Source of the DNA: a virus
Lineage: Duplodnaviria > Caudoviricetes
Direction: 5' to 3' (one strand)
Length of the DNA: 31,671 nucleotides
Virus record (IMG/VR): IMGVR_UViG_3300025103_000093
Span: 1 to 31,671 of that record
Made by a program: the position numbers and the translations under genes. Position 1 is the stretch's first letter, and the number at the start of each line of letters is the position of its first letter. Under the pieces are notes generated by a model, which had not been told where the DNA came from, ran no database searches, and was given only the letters and a program-made list of their open reading frames with translations. Of this stretch, positions 7,432-16,246 are shown piece by piece.

Positions 7432-7631
7432 TGGCTACTGATAAAATTAACGAGGCGACAGATGTCGCCTCGTCTCGTTCTCGTGGTGGAAATAAGAAAG
7501 ATAATAAAACTAAACAACAGCTGGGGACGGCACGGGAAAAACTTTTCACCGAAAAAATAAAAAGACTATTTAATCTATTAGAGGATAATAATGCTAATAC
7601 TACTATTGCTAGACCTAATAAACTTAATTAA
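7431..7631 (+). CDS. hypothetical protein (66 aa)
   Basis: TAATG coupling with the upstream gene; contains an internal hairpin and CTCGTT copies. Confidence 0.5.
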   Translation: MATDKINEATDVASSRSRGGNKKDNKTKQQLGTAREKLFTEKIKRLFNLLEDNNANTTIARPNKLN

Positions 7632-7650
7632 AAAAAAGTTAAATTAACTA

Positions 7651-7678
7651 TTGAATAAGATTTAATAAGATGTATTAA
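7651..7678 (+). promoter_or_regulatory. sigma70-like promoter with ATAAGAT boxes
   Basis: AT-rich UP-like tract, then TTGAAT-16 nt-TATTAA; ATAAGAT at 7655 and 7665. Confidence 0.55.
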
Positions 7679-7722
7679 TTAGAGGTATTTATAAAAATAC
7701 ATAACTTAACAAAGAGGTAAAA

Positions 7723-8076
7723 ATGCAAAGAGCAAAAAAGCTAAAGCAAGACGAAAAAAAAATAGTCCTAGCTTATGCAACACTAAAGCTAAAAGCAAAT
7801 AGACTTAACAAAGAGTTAGACAGTATGAAAGAGCATGTTGTTAATCTATTTGATAGAACAAACCAAAATTTAATTATTGTTCAAGACGAGCATGGAAATA
7901 ATTTTGGATTGCAAAAGATTAACAGAAAGAGAAAATCTTTTGATAAAGATAAATTTAAATTAAGTCATTTAGATTTATGGAATGCACATCAAAAAGAAAT
8001 TGCTTATTGTGAGTATAAAGCAATAGGTGGTATTAATGGATTGCAAGAACCTAGCGAGGTATCAAATGCCCAATAA
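7723..8076 (+). CDS. hypothetical protein with N-terminal coiled coil (117 aa)
   Basis: SD AAGAGGT; ORF track. Confidence 0.8.
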   Translation: MQRAKKLKQDEKKIVLAYATLKLKANRLNKELDSMKEHVVNLFDRTNQNLIIVQDEHGNNFGLQKINRKRKSFDKDKFKLSHLDLWNAHQKEIAYCEYKAIGGINGLQEPSEVSNAQ

Positions 8077-8326
8077 TGATTTGATCAACATAGCTAATGT
8101 ATTGAGTGAGAAGTTAAACTCTAATGCACCTACTTCACTTGCTGACATGGTGGTGGACAATGGACAAAAGAAACAACTCAACTATGAGATCATGTTTCAG
8201 TTGTTAATGGGCGAGTGTGAAAAGCACATACTTGAGAACGTTGGCAATCCAATCGTTGATGAATTCAAGGACAACATACTTAAAAAGTTCAGCACCCTTG
8301 TTCAAGCAATACATAACACAGAATAA
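8066..8326 (+). CDS. hypothetical protein, 86 aa (true start of the track ORF 8027..8326)
   Basis: SD GAGGT at 8056-8060 before ATG 8066. Confidence 0.8.
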   Translation: MPNNDLINIANVLSEKLNSNAPTSLADMVVDNGQKKQLNYEIMFQLLMGECEKHILENVGNPIVDEFKDNILKKFSTLVQAIHNTE

Positions 8327-8336
8327 TTAAACACTA

Positions 8337-8369
8337 ACCAATGGCGAGGCTATGCACCTCGCCATTGGT
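8337..8369. terminator. perfect 13-bp hairpin closing the early-type island; terminator or processing site
   Basis: ACCAATGGCGAGG-7 nt-CCTCGCCATTGGT; no classical U-tract on the + strand. Confidence 0.55.
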
Positions 8370-8478
8370 GTATCTATCACACACCTATAGCAAGGCTCAT
8401 AATCAATCTCATAATCGTTTTTAAAATTGCAGGTATCAGGGTTCGCGTTGCCAGGCTAGGTTTTTTGAGGCGAAAGGG

Positions 8479-8506
8479 TTTACAAAGTAGGATATACAAA
8501 TATACT
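8479..8506 (+). promoter_or_regulatory. promoter for terL
   Basis: TTTACA-16 nt-TATACT, 15 nt before ATG 8522. Confidence 0.5.
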
Positions 8507-8521
8507 AGGGTCCCAAACGAG

Positions 8522-10000
8522 ATGAAAATAGAAAACTTAACTGAAGATGAATTAAAAGATATTATTCTGAAAAAACAGTTAGAGTGGATCAAGCTCTGCC
8601 AGGATAATTTTTTAATTTTTGCAGAGTCTGTGTGGCAAGACTTTATCTATCGTAAAACAAAGGACCCAAAGAAGTATGGGCACCATCAAATTATTGCTGA
8701 ATCGTTTCAAGATATTGCAGATGGTGATGCAAAGAGGCTCATAATCAACATGCCACCACGTCATACTAAATCTGAATTCGCATCTTATTTATTCCCTGCT
8801 TGGTATATTGGTAAGTATCCAAAGAAAAAAATTATGCAGGTATCACACAATGCTGAACTTGCTTCAAGGTTTGGTAGCAAAGTTCGTAACTTAATGAACA
8901 CCAAGGAGTATAAAGAAATCTTCGGAAGTGTTACACTTCGAGAAGACAGTAAAGCAAAAGGCAGGTGGGAAACCAATCACGGTGGTGAATACTTTGCAGC
9001 GGGTGTAGGCGGATCTATCACAGGTCGAGGGGCCGATTTGCTTATTATTGACGATCCACATACGGAACAAGATTCCTTGTCCGATACAGCGATGGAACGT
9101 GCTTACGAATGGTACAGTTCAGGACCCAGACAGCGTTTACAACCAGGAGGAAGAATCTTAGTTGTTATGACTCGTTGGGCTACTGATGATCTTACAGGAA
9201 GGTTGGTCAAAGCACAGAGTGGTACTAAAGCAGACCAATGGGATGTAATTTCTTTTCCTGCAATCATGCCAGATGATAAACCCGTATGGCCTGAGTATTG
9301 GGGTAAAGAAGATTTAGATTCTGTTAAAGCCTCAATCTCAATGAAAAATTGGAATGCACAATATATGCAGGACCCAACCTCAGAAGAGGGTGCAATTATA
9401 AAAAGGGAATGGTGGCAGGATTACGATAAAGAAAATTTACCAAAGTTACTTCATGTCATACAAAGTTATGATACTGCATTTTCTAAAAAAGAAACTGCAG
9501 ATTACTCAGCTATTACCACCTGGGGGGTATTTGAACCTATAGAAGGTTACGAAAAAGCAATTATATTATTAGATGCACAAAAGGGACGTTATGATTTTCC
9601 AGATTTAAAAAATGTTGCACTAGAGCAATATCATTACTGGGAACCGGAAACTGTAATCATTGAAGCAAAAGCTAGTGGTACACCATTAATTCACGAACTT
9701 CGTAGAGCAGGAATTCCTGTAATTGATTATGTTCCAGCTAGAGGACGAGATAAGCATACTAGAATAAATAGCTGTGCACCTGTATTTGAATCTGGTATGG
9801 TGTGGGCACCTTTAGAGGAACACTGGGCACAGGAAGTAATTGAGGAATGTGCAGCGTTTCCTAATGGTCAGTATGATGACTATGTTGATTCTATGACCCA
9901 AGCTGTGTTAAGATATCGACAAGGTGGATTTGTTTCTACGTACTCGGACGATTGGGACGACCCACCAATGAAATTAGAAAAAGATTATAAATATTATTAG
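8522..10000 (+). CDS. terL: terminase large subunit (ATG 8522 preferred over TTG 8465)
   Basis: Walker A MPPRHTKS, Walker B LLIIDD, MTRW coupling motif, RNase H-like nuclease SYDTA...DDYVDS. Confidence 0.97.
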   Translation: MKIENLTEDELKDIILKKQLEWIKLCQDNFLIFAESVWQDFIYRKTKDPKKYGHHQIIAESFQDIADGDAKRLIINMPPRHTKSEFASYLFPAWYIGKYPKKKIMQVSHNAELASRFGSKVRNLMNTKEYKEIFGSVTLREDSKAKGRWETNHGGEYFAAGVGGSITGRGADLLIIDDPHTEQDSLSDTAMERAYEWYSSGPRQRLQPGGRILVVMTRWATDDLTGRLVKAQSGTKADQWDVISFPAIMPDDKPVWPEYWGKEDLDSVKASISMKNWNAQYMQDPTSEEGAIIKREWWQDYDKENLPKLLHVIQSYDTAFSKKETADYSAITTWGVFEPIEGYEKAIILLDAQKGRYDFPDLKNVALEQYHYWEPETVIIEAKASGTPLIHELRRAGIPVIDYVPARGRDKHTRINSCAPVFESGMVWAPLEEHWAQEVIEECAAFPNGQYDDYVDSMTQAVLRYRQGGFVSTYSDDWDDPPMKLEKDYKYY

Positions 10001-10009
10001 GAGAATTTT

Positions 10010-10942
10010 ATGGGAAGAACTACAAAAAGAATTGGTCTAACTCAAAGAGGATCTGATGAAGGTGGTTCAACTTCAAGAACTTCTACTCAAATTGAAAATT
10101 ATCATAGAAACAAAAGAACTTTTCAATACAAAAAAAATGATAGAGGAAAGATAATTAAAATTCCAATGCTTACAGGTGGCCAAGCAAAAATTGCAGCCAA
10201 AGCTCCACCACCAAATAAAATTGATGCAAAAGATTTCGCTGTGCTAAGAGCAGAAAAAGCAAAAGGCAGAGGCATGGGTTTACAAGATGAAAAAGTTAAA
10301 CCAGGTAAAGTTATGAAAGCAAACTTAGGTTTAATGTTTATGAAAAAAGCAAAAGACAAAGGTGCTAAAGGTGCTGAGTTTTTATCTCCACTTGCAATGC
10401 TAAAAAGAATTTCTGGTAAAAAAATGGGTGGTGTTGCTAAATACAGAGTCGGTAAATCTATTAAAGTTAAAGACGATTCATCTTTTAGTAAAAAAATGGA
10501 ACTTCAAGACAAAGGTGTTATCAATAAAAAAACTGGTGCTGGAAGAGAAAAAATTACAAAAGCATTAAAAGCAACTAGAGTTGGTAAAATGTTATTACCT
10601 GTCGCTGTAGCGGGAGTCGCTGCACAACAATATTTAAAATCTAAAATGAAAAAGAAAGATGAGCCTAAGAAAAAAATGGGTGGTGGCATGATGAAGAAAT
10701 ATTCTTCTGGTGGAGAATCTTCATATACAAAAGGATATGAAGGAAGAAAAACTGGAAAAGGTGTAAGAGAAAGTTTAAAAGATAAAGTTACTCCTATGAA
10801 AAAAGAAAGATTATTAGAAGGACTTAAGGCCTCTGGTAAAATGGGTGGTGGCATGATGCAAAGACCTATGGGTTACAAGTCAGGAACATCAGTAAAAGTA
10901 AAATGCAAACTAGGTAGAAACAAACCTACTAAAATTACATAG
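10010..10942 (+). CDS. very basic low-complexity protein with repeated xxGG motifs; putative internal head protein
   Basis: SD AGGAG; K/G/M-rich; MLTGG, KKMGG, KMGGGMM twice, YSSGG. Confidence 0.75.
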   Translation: MGRTTKRIGLTQRGSDEGGSTSRTSTQIENYHRNKRTFQYKKNDRGKIIKIPMLTGGQAKIAAKAPPPNKIDAKDFAVLRAEKAKGRGMGLQDEKVKPGKVMKANLGLMFMKKAKDKGAKGAEFLSPLAMLKRISGKKMGGVAKYRVGKSIKVKDDSSFSKKMELQDKGVINKKTGAGREKITKALKATRVGKMLLPVAVAGVAAQQYLKSKMKKKDEPKKKMGGGMMKKYSSGGESSYTKGYEGRKTGKGVRESLKDKVTPMKKERLLEGLKASGKMGGGMMQRPMGYKSGTSVKVKCKLGRNKPTKIT

Positions 10943-10950
10943 GAGGGACA

Positions 10951-12861
10951 ATGTCCCTAAAGGCATTACTCAGAGCTGGTAAGGAATTACTCAAGGCGAA
11001 AAAACCTTCAGCAACACCGACCACCGGACAACAGACAAATCAAATAACTTACACACCTAAACCTTCACAGGCACAGGCTAAGGAATTAGTTACACAAGAA
11101 TTAAAAAACCCACCTGTAGTTTTAAAGAAAACAAAACCCCTGCAGATGGGTGATGACTTAGCACCTGCTTTTGGTTCATCAACATATGACTGGGCAATGA
11201 GAATGGGTAGATCTAAGTACACTGCAGATGAGTGGCTAGATCATTTAACATCTACTAGAAAAGTAAACTTTAAAATATTTGGTAAGCCTGCACAGAAAAC
11301 GGTCCGTGAACAAAAAAGATTTAAATACGATCAAGGTCCCTTTGCCGGTAAAGAAGTTAGTGTATCCAAAGAAGAATTATTCGATTCCAATTTAGCAGTA
11401 TTCAATGAAGCAGGAGACCTAACAGGTGGCCTGTTATATGCAGCAAAGAAATTTGGTTTAAAGCTTGATGCTAATGAAATAGGAGCAATGATCAAACTCA
11501 ACCCTATTAATAGATTAAAACCAATTGAACTCGGTGTTAACAAAGGTGCACAAGAAGCATTTGATGTATCAGCAAAGAATGCAAGGAATGTTGTTAGAGA
11601 TTTACAAGTCAAATACAAAGATAATGATGCTATAAAATATGAATTAGATCAACTGCAATACTATTTAAAAGCTGATAGCGGTGTTCCAAGTAGGGGATCT
11701 CTAAGAGATATAAATGATACATTAAAAAATTTGACAAAATCTGGAATGGTATCTGTAGATGAAAAAAAAACACTGAACAAAGTTATTGGTGATATTAATA
11801 ACAAAGTTGGACCAATGCAGGCTACAAAGACAAGATACGGAAATGAATCTAATTACACATTACAAGGGGGTAAAGATTACAGAGAAACTATCTTTACACT
11901 TCCAGAAGATATTACAACTAACGCAAAATTTAGAAATAAAGGTGGACACTTTACAGAGGAGATTGGAGATACAAATAATATTTATCATATTAGATTTGAT
12001 ACAAGGTTCACACCTGATGGTAAAAAAGTATTTATGATCAATGAAATACAATCTGATGTAAACCAGAGTATTGCAAAAAGTATGACTAAAGCCGCACAAC
12101 TATCAGGAGAGAGAAGACTGAATCCCTTTAATGCTGAAATAGAATTAAATTTACTAGTAGGTCAACGTGGTCGAATGCTTAAGGATTTAGATGAAGCTGT
12201 TGCTAAAAATGAGTTTGGTAGAGTAAATGCTATTAGTGCATCTATGAAAGATATCAATACAAAATTAAAAAGATTAACTACTCAAAGAAATACTTACAGT
12301 GATGATAAAAAAGATTACTTCCCAATGGTTGAATCAGATTCATACGGAGATCATGCAATAAAATATTTGATGCAGAAGGCTGCACGTGAGAATGTTGATT
12401 ACGTAGCCGTTGCCCCGTTTGACAAAGTAAGTTTCAGACAAGGTTACAAAGCTGGTAACGAAAGATTTTACGGTTATTCTAATGGTAAAGGTATAGGTAA
12501 AAAGGGTAAAGCAGTACTTCCAGATGTTATGGGTAAGAACGCAAGGTTCTATGGATCAAGCGCAGGGCCAACAAAGATATCTCTGTCAGATCCAACAAAA
12601 CCATATAAAAATGTTAGTAGTGATAACTTCAAATACCCATCAGATCACCCGTTAAAAGGAAAAGAAATTAAAAGCACATATCACACTAGTTCTGGTATGA
12701 ATCCAGAAAAGGGAACTAAAAATATTCCAGCAGGGGATCCACGCTTGTATTTCGATGCATATGCGATTAAAGTAGTTCCACTAATGAGAAATACACAAAA
12801 AACTTATAAGTCCAAAGGCGGACTTGTAGTGGATATGTTTAAACCAATAAGGTACAATTAA
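10951..12861 (+). CDS. large virion-associated/ejected protein carrying a GGxxYRE...HF...HxR...EIQSD domain
   Basis: GGKDYRETIFTLP...GHF...IYHIRFDTR...DGKKVFMINEIQSD...FP...AARENVDYVAV; SD GGAGG; lies between terL and portal. Confidence 0.75.
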   Translation: MSLKALLRAGKELLKAKKPSATPTTGQQTNQITYTPKPSQAQAKELVTQELKNPPVVLKKTKPLQMGDDLAPAFGSSTYDWAMRMGRSKYTADEWLDHLTSTRKVNFKIFGKPAQKTVREQKRFKYDQGPFAGKEVSVSKEELFDSNLAVFNEAGDLTGGLLYAAKKFGLKLDANEIGAMIKLNPINRLKPIELGVNKGAQEAFDVSAKNARNVVRDLQVKYKDNDAIKYELDQLQYYLKADSGVPSRGSLRDINDTLKNLTKSGMVSVDEKKTLNKVIGDINNKVGPMQATKTRYGNESNYTLQGGKDYRETIFTLPEDITTNAKFRNKGGHFTEEIGDTNNIYHIRFDTRFTPDGKKVFMINEIQSDVNQSIAKSMTKAAQLSGERRLNPFNAEIELNLLVGQRGRMLKDLDEAVAKNEFGRVNAISASMKDINTKLKRLTTQRNTYSDDKKDYFPMVESDSYGDHAIKYLMQKAARENVDYVAVAPFDKVSFRQGYKAGNERFYGYSNGKGIGKKGKAVLPDVMGKNARFYGSSAGPTKISLSDPTKPYKNVSSDNFKYPSDHPLKGKEIKSTYHTSSGMNPEKGTKNIPAGDPRLYFDAYAIKVVPLMRNTQKTYKSKGGLVVDMFKPIRYN

Positions 12862-12863
12862 TC

Positions 12864-15176
12864 ATGGCAGTAGAAAAAGTAACAGAGGAATTAGCAGAAG
12901 AAGTAGTTGAACAACCTGAGGGTCTTCCAATTGATGTAGAAGTTGAAGGAGAAGAAGAGGTTGTAGAGGAAAGACCTCAAGACGATTTTAATGCAAACCT
13001 TGCAGAAGACATGGATGAGCGAGAGCTTAAAGAGATGGCTCTGGAACTTATTGAAGAATATAAAAAAGATAAGACATCTAGAAAAGAATGGGAAGATGCT
13101 TATATTAAAGGTTTAGATTTATTAGGAACTAGATACCAAGAAGTATCAAGACCATTTAAAGGAGCCTCCGGTGTCACGCATCCATTGTTAGCTGAATCGG
13201 TTACACAATTCCAAGCACAAGCATACAAGGAACTCGTACCATCTGATGGGCCAGTTCGAACACAAGTCATAGGTTTACAAACACCGGCTACCGAACAACA
13301 AGCAGATAGAGTTAAAGATTATATGAACTACCTGCTGATGGAGGAGATGGAAGATTACACAACTGACATGGATCAGATGTTATTTTATCTACCCTTATCA
13401 GGATCTACATTTAAGAAAATTTATTACGATGCATTATTAGATAGACCTGTATCTAAATTTATACCAGCAGAAGATTTAGTAGTTCCATACTACGCATCAG
13501 ATTTAAAAGACTGTGAGAGAATTACGCATGTTATTAAAATGACAACTAACGATGTCACTAAAAAAATGGCAGCAGGATTTTATAGAGATATAGAATTGAT
13601 TGATTCAACTACAGAACCCGATTCAGTAGAAAAGAAACTAAATGAATTAGAAGGTATTAAAAACACGGGTACAGATTATTTAAACACAATTTTAGAAATG
13701 CATGTAGATTTAAACCTAGATGATTTTGAAGACTTTGATGACAAAGCTAAGAAGATTAAAATTCCATACATTGTAACTATTGATGAAGGTAGTGGAGAAG
13801 TTTTATCTATTTACAGAAACTACAAACCTAATGACATAACTTACGCTAGAACAGAATATTTTGTTCATTACAAATTTTTACCAGGACTAGGTTTTTATGG
13901 TTTTGGTTTAACACATATGATTGGTGGTTTATCACAAGCAGCAACTCAATCTCTAAGACAATTAATTGATGCAGGTACTTTAAAAAATTTACCAGCAGGT
14001 TTTAAATCACGTGGTATTAGAGTTAGAGATGATGATCAGCCGATTCAACCAGGAGAGTTCAGAGATGTGGATGCACCTGGAGGAAATATTAGAGATCAGT
14101 TTTTTAATCTACCGTTTACAGAGCCATCACCTACACTTTACAACTTGATGGGCTTCGTTGTTCAAGCAGGACAAAAGTTTGCAGCGATAACAGATTCAAA
14201 TATTGGTAATGATGCTCAAAACAGAGCTGTTGGAACTACTGTTGCACTTATGGAAAGAGGATCACGTGTAATGAGTGGTGTTCACAAACGTTGTTACTAC
14301 GCAATGAGATTAGAATTTAAGATTTTAGCAAGAATTTGTGGTGAATCTTTACCACCAGAGTATCCTTATGATGTTTATGGTGGCCCAAGACAAATAAAAC
14401 AAGCAGATTTTGATAACAGAATAGATATTTTACCTGTGGCAGACCCAAATATTATGTCTATGTCACAAAGAGTAACACTTGCACAAGCACAATTGCAAAT
14501 TGCACAGTCAAATCCACAAATGCACAACTTACACGAAGCCTACAGACGTGTTTATGAAGCACTTGGAACTAAAACTATAGATCAAATTCTAAAACCACCA
14601 CCAAAACAGCCAGAACCTTTAGATCCTGCAAAAGAAAATGCACGGGCACTTCAAATGAAGTTGCTTACAGCGTTTGAATTCCAAGATCACGATGCACACA
14701 TTGCTGCACACATGGCATTTATGGCATCAAGAATGGTACAAATTAATCCTCAGGTATATGCACTACTACAATCGCATATTTCTGATCACGTTTCTTTTAA
14801 AGCTAAAGCACAAGTTAAACAAATGGTTATGGAAAATCCTGAAATGGCACAAATGGCTCAACAGGATCCTCAACAGTTTGAAATTATGTTTGAAGCTGAA
14901 GTTGCAAAGGTTGCAGCACAGATAACTCAAGAGTTAGTACAAACTGAAAATGCAAATCAGAATAAAGAGGACCCATTAATTAAAATTAAACAACAAGAAA
15001 TTGATTTAAGAGCTATGGATCTTCAAAGAAAAGCAGAAGAGACTAAATTTAGAGCAGATCAAGAAAATCAAAGAGCGGCAGACAGACTTGATTTTGATTA
15101 TGATAGACTTGCAACACAAGACCAACAATCAGATGAAAGATTACAAGTTGCTAGAGAAAAAATGAACAAAAAATGA
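12864..15176 (+). CDS. portal protein
   Basis: 770 aa; FNANLAE, SRKEWEDAY, GASGVTHPLLAE, GSTFKKIYYD, FLPGLGFYGFG, IDAGTLxNLPAGFK; position in the head module. Confidence 0.92.
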   Translation: MAVEKVTEELAEEVVEQPEGLPIDVEVEGEEEVVEERPQDDFNANLAEDMDERELKEMALELIEEYKKDKTSRKEWEDAYIKGLDLLGTRYQEVSRPFKGASGVTHPLLAESVTQFQAQAYKELVPSDGPVRTQVIGLQTPATEQQADRVKDYMNYLLMEEMEDYTTDMDQMLFYLPLSGSTFKKIYYDALLDRPVSKFIPAEDLVVPYYASDLKDCERITHVIKMTTNDVTKKMAAGFYRDIELIDSTTEPDSVEKKLNELEGIKNTGTDYLNTILEMHVDLNLDDFEDFDDKAKKIKIPYIVTIDEGSGEVLSIYRNYKPNDITYARTEYFVHYKFLPGLGFYGFGLTHMIGGLSQAATQSLRQLIDAGTLKNLPAGFKSRGIRVRDDDQPIQPGEFRDVDAPGGNIRDQFFNLPFTEPSPTLYNLMGFVVQAGQKFAAITDSNIGNDAQNRAVGTTVALMERGSRVMSGVHKRCYYAMRLEFKILARICGESLPPEYPYDVYGGPRQIKQADFDNRIDILPVADPNIMSMSQRVTLAQAQLQIAQSNPQMHNLHEAYRRVYEALGTKTIDQILKPPPKQPEPLDPAKENARALQMKLLTAFEFQDHDAHIAAHMAFMASRMVQINPQVYALLQSHISDHVSFKAKAQVKQMVMENPEMAQMAQQDPQQFEIMFEAEVAKVAAQITQELVQTENANQNKEDPLIKIKQQEIDLRAMDLQRKAEETKFRADQENQRAADRLDFDYDRLATQDQQSDERLQVAREKMNKK

Positions 15177-15316
15177 GAAAAGGTTTAAGCGGAGGTGTAC
15201 GTAGTGGCCCACCTCCTAAAAGAGGGCCAAACCCACAAGGACTAACCGAAAAGAAGTTTAAAAGTGTTAAAAAGTACACCAAAAAACTCATACGAAAGTC
15301 TTCCAGTATCGTCTAA
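15173..15316 (+). CDS. 47-aa basic microprotein MRKGLSGGVRSGPPPKRGPNPQGL... (not in ORF track)
   Basis: ATGA overlap with the portal stop; distinctive GPPPKRGPNPQG motif. Confidence 0.7.
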   Translation: MRKGLSGGVRSGPPPKRGPNPQGLTEKKFKSVKKYTKKLIRKSSSIV

Positions 15317-15719
15317 ATTAATTTTTCTAGCTGGAATATTTGATGGAGAAGGAAGTTTTGGCATTTGGTCAAAGGGGATAGGAAGAAAAAAAGAATTTGC
15401 TTGCACAATAGAGATGACAGACCGAGATACGCTACAAAAATTTGTAGATATGTTCGGGGGTCAGATGTTTCCCTGTAAAATAAGAAAACCACACCACACT
15501 CCAACTTGGAGATGGAGGCAGAACGGCTACAGGGGTTTCCAAATAATGGATAAAATGATAGAATTCATGAGTAAAAGGAGACAGGATAAATATTATGTGG
15601 TTAAGCGCGATAAAATTGGCGGCACAAGCAGGTACGCACATCTTCAAAAAACGTCAAGAGACGAAGATGCTGATGGCGGACGCACAAATGATGCATGCAA
15701 GAAAGATGGCTCAAGGTGA
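15264..15719 (+). mobile_element. free-standing single-motif LAGLIDADG homing endonuclease
   Basis: LIFLAGIFDGEGSFGI; IEMTDRDTLQKF..MFGG; PTWRWR; overlaps both neighbours. Confidence 0.85.
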
Positions 15720-15990
15720 GGAAGCTTACCAAGGTAAACTTTTAGAATCAAGAAATTCGGACTGGAAAGACGAGGCAGTTTTGATAATTTTGTCAGCGCC
15801 CATAGCAGTCCTGAGTTGGGCTGTCATAAGTGATGATCCAGGAGCGATGGACAAGGTAAAATTGTTCTTCGAGATGTTCTCACAGCTCCCGTCATGGTTC
15901 ACAAACCTGTGGATCCTTGTCGTTGCGAGCATTTATGGTATTAAGGGAACTCAGATCTTCAGGGGCGGAATGAATAAGGATAAGAAATGA
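15595..15990 (+). CDS. holin-like membrane protein (GTA/3TM-holin-like)
   Basis: SDWKDEAVLIILSAPIAVLSW and LPSWFTNLWILVVASIYGIKG hydrophobic segments; SD AGGA. Confidence 0.65.
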   Translation: MWLSAIKLAAQAGTHIFKKRQETKMLMADAQMMHARKMAQGEEAYQGKLLESRNSDWKDEAVLIILSAPIAVLSWAVISDDPGAMDKVKLFFEMFSQLPSWFTNLWILVVASIYGIKGTQIFRGGMNKDKK

Positions 15991-16094
15991 AATATTTAAT
16001 TACACTTATATATCACTGGTCTACTAAGTTGACTTCATGGTCTTGGACAAAATTATATGGAAATAGAACAACAGGGTTAGGGTACAAAAAATGA
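15987..16094 (+). CDS. 35-aa microprotein MKYLITLIYHWSTKLTSWSWTKLYGNRTTGLGYKK
   Basis: ATGA overlaps at both ends. Confidence 0.65.
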   Translation: MKYLITLIYHWSTKLTSWSWTKLYGNRTTGLGYKK

Positions 16095-16246
16095 ATTTAG
16101 AACGAGACTTACAAAAATTAAGAAAAGAAAGAGCATTAAAAGAATCTGCAATTGCTCAACTACGTAAAAGAAGTAAAGATTCAGTAGCTAGACCTAGAGC
16201 AAAAAAAAATATACTATCAACTAATCCAGGGATGCAAAAAATATGA
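16091..16246 (+). CDS. 51-aa basic microprotein MNLERDLQKLRKERALKESAIAQLRKRSK...
   Basis: ATGA overlaps at both ends. Confidence 0.65.
   Translation: MNLERDLQKLRKERALKESAIAQLRKRSKDSVARPRAKKNILSTNPGMQKI

Larger units (their letters stand above)
5469..7485 (+). repeat. strand-biased CTCGTT hexamer array
   Basis: 16 exact + strand copies counted by eye (5485, 5507, 5513, 5591, 5669, 5676, 5682, 5700, 5706, 5861, 5883, 6546, 6701, 6734, 6819, 7474) plus variants; 19-bp direct repeat TCTCGTTCTCGTTTACTGG at 5675 and 5699. Confidence 0.9.

Noticed and set aside
8465-8521. N-terminal extension of terL from TTG 8465
   Set aside because: overlaps the predicted promoter 8479-8506; ATG 8522 is more plausible
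15176-15720. group I intron or intein hosting the LAGLIDADG gene
   Set aside because: no non-coding space for a ribozyme core; portal ORF is intact; no intein splice-junction motifs
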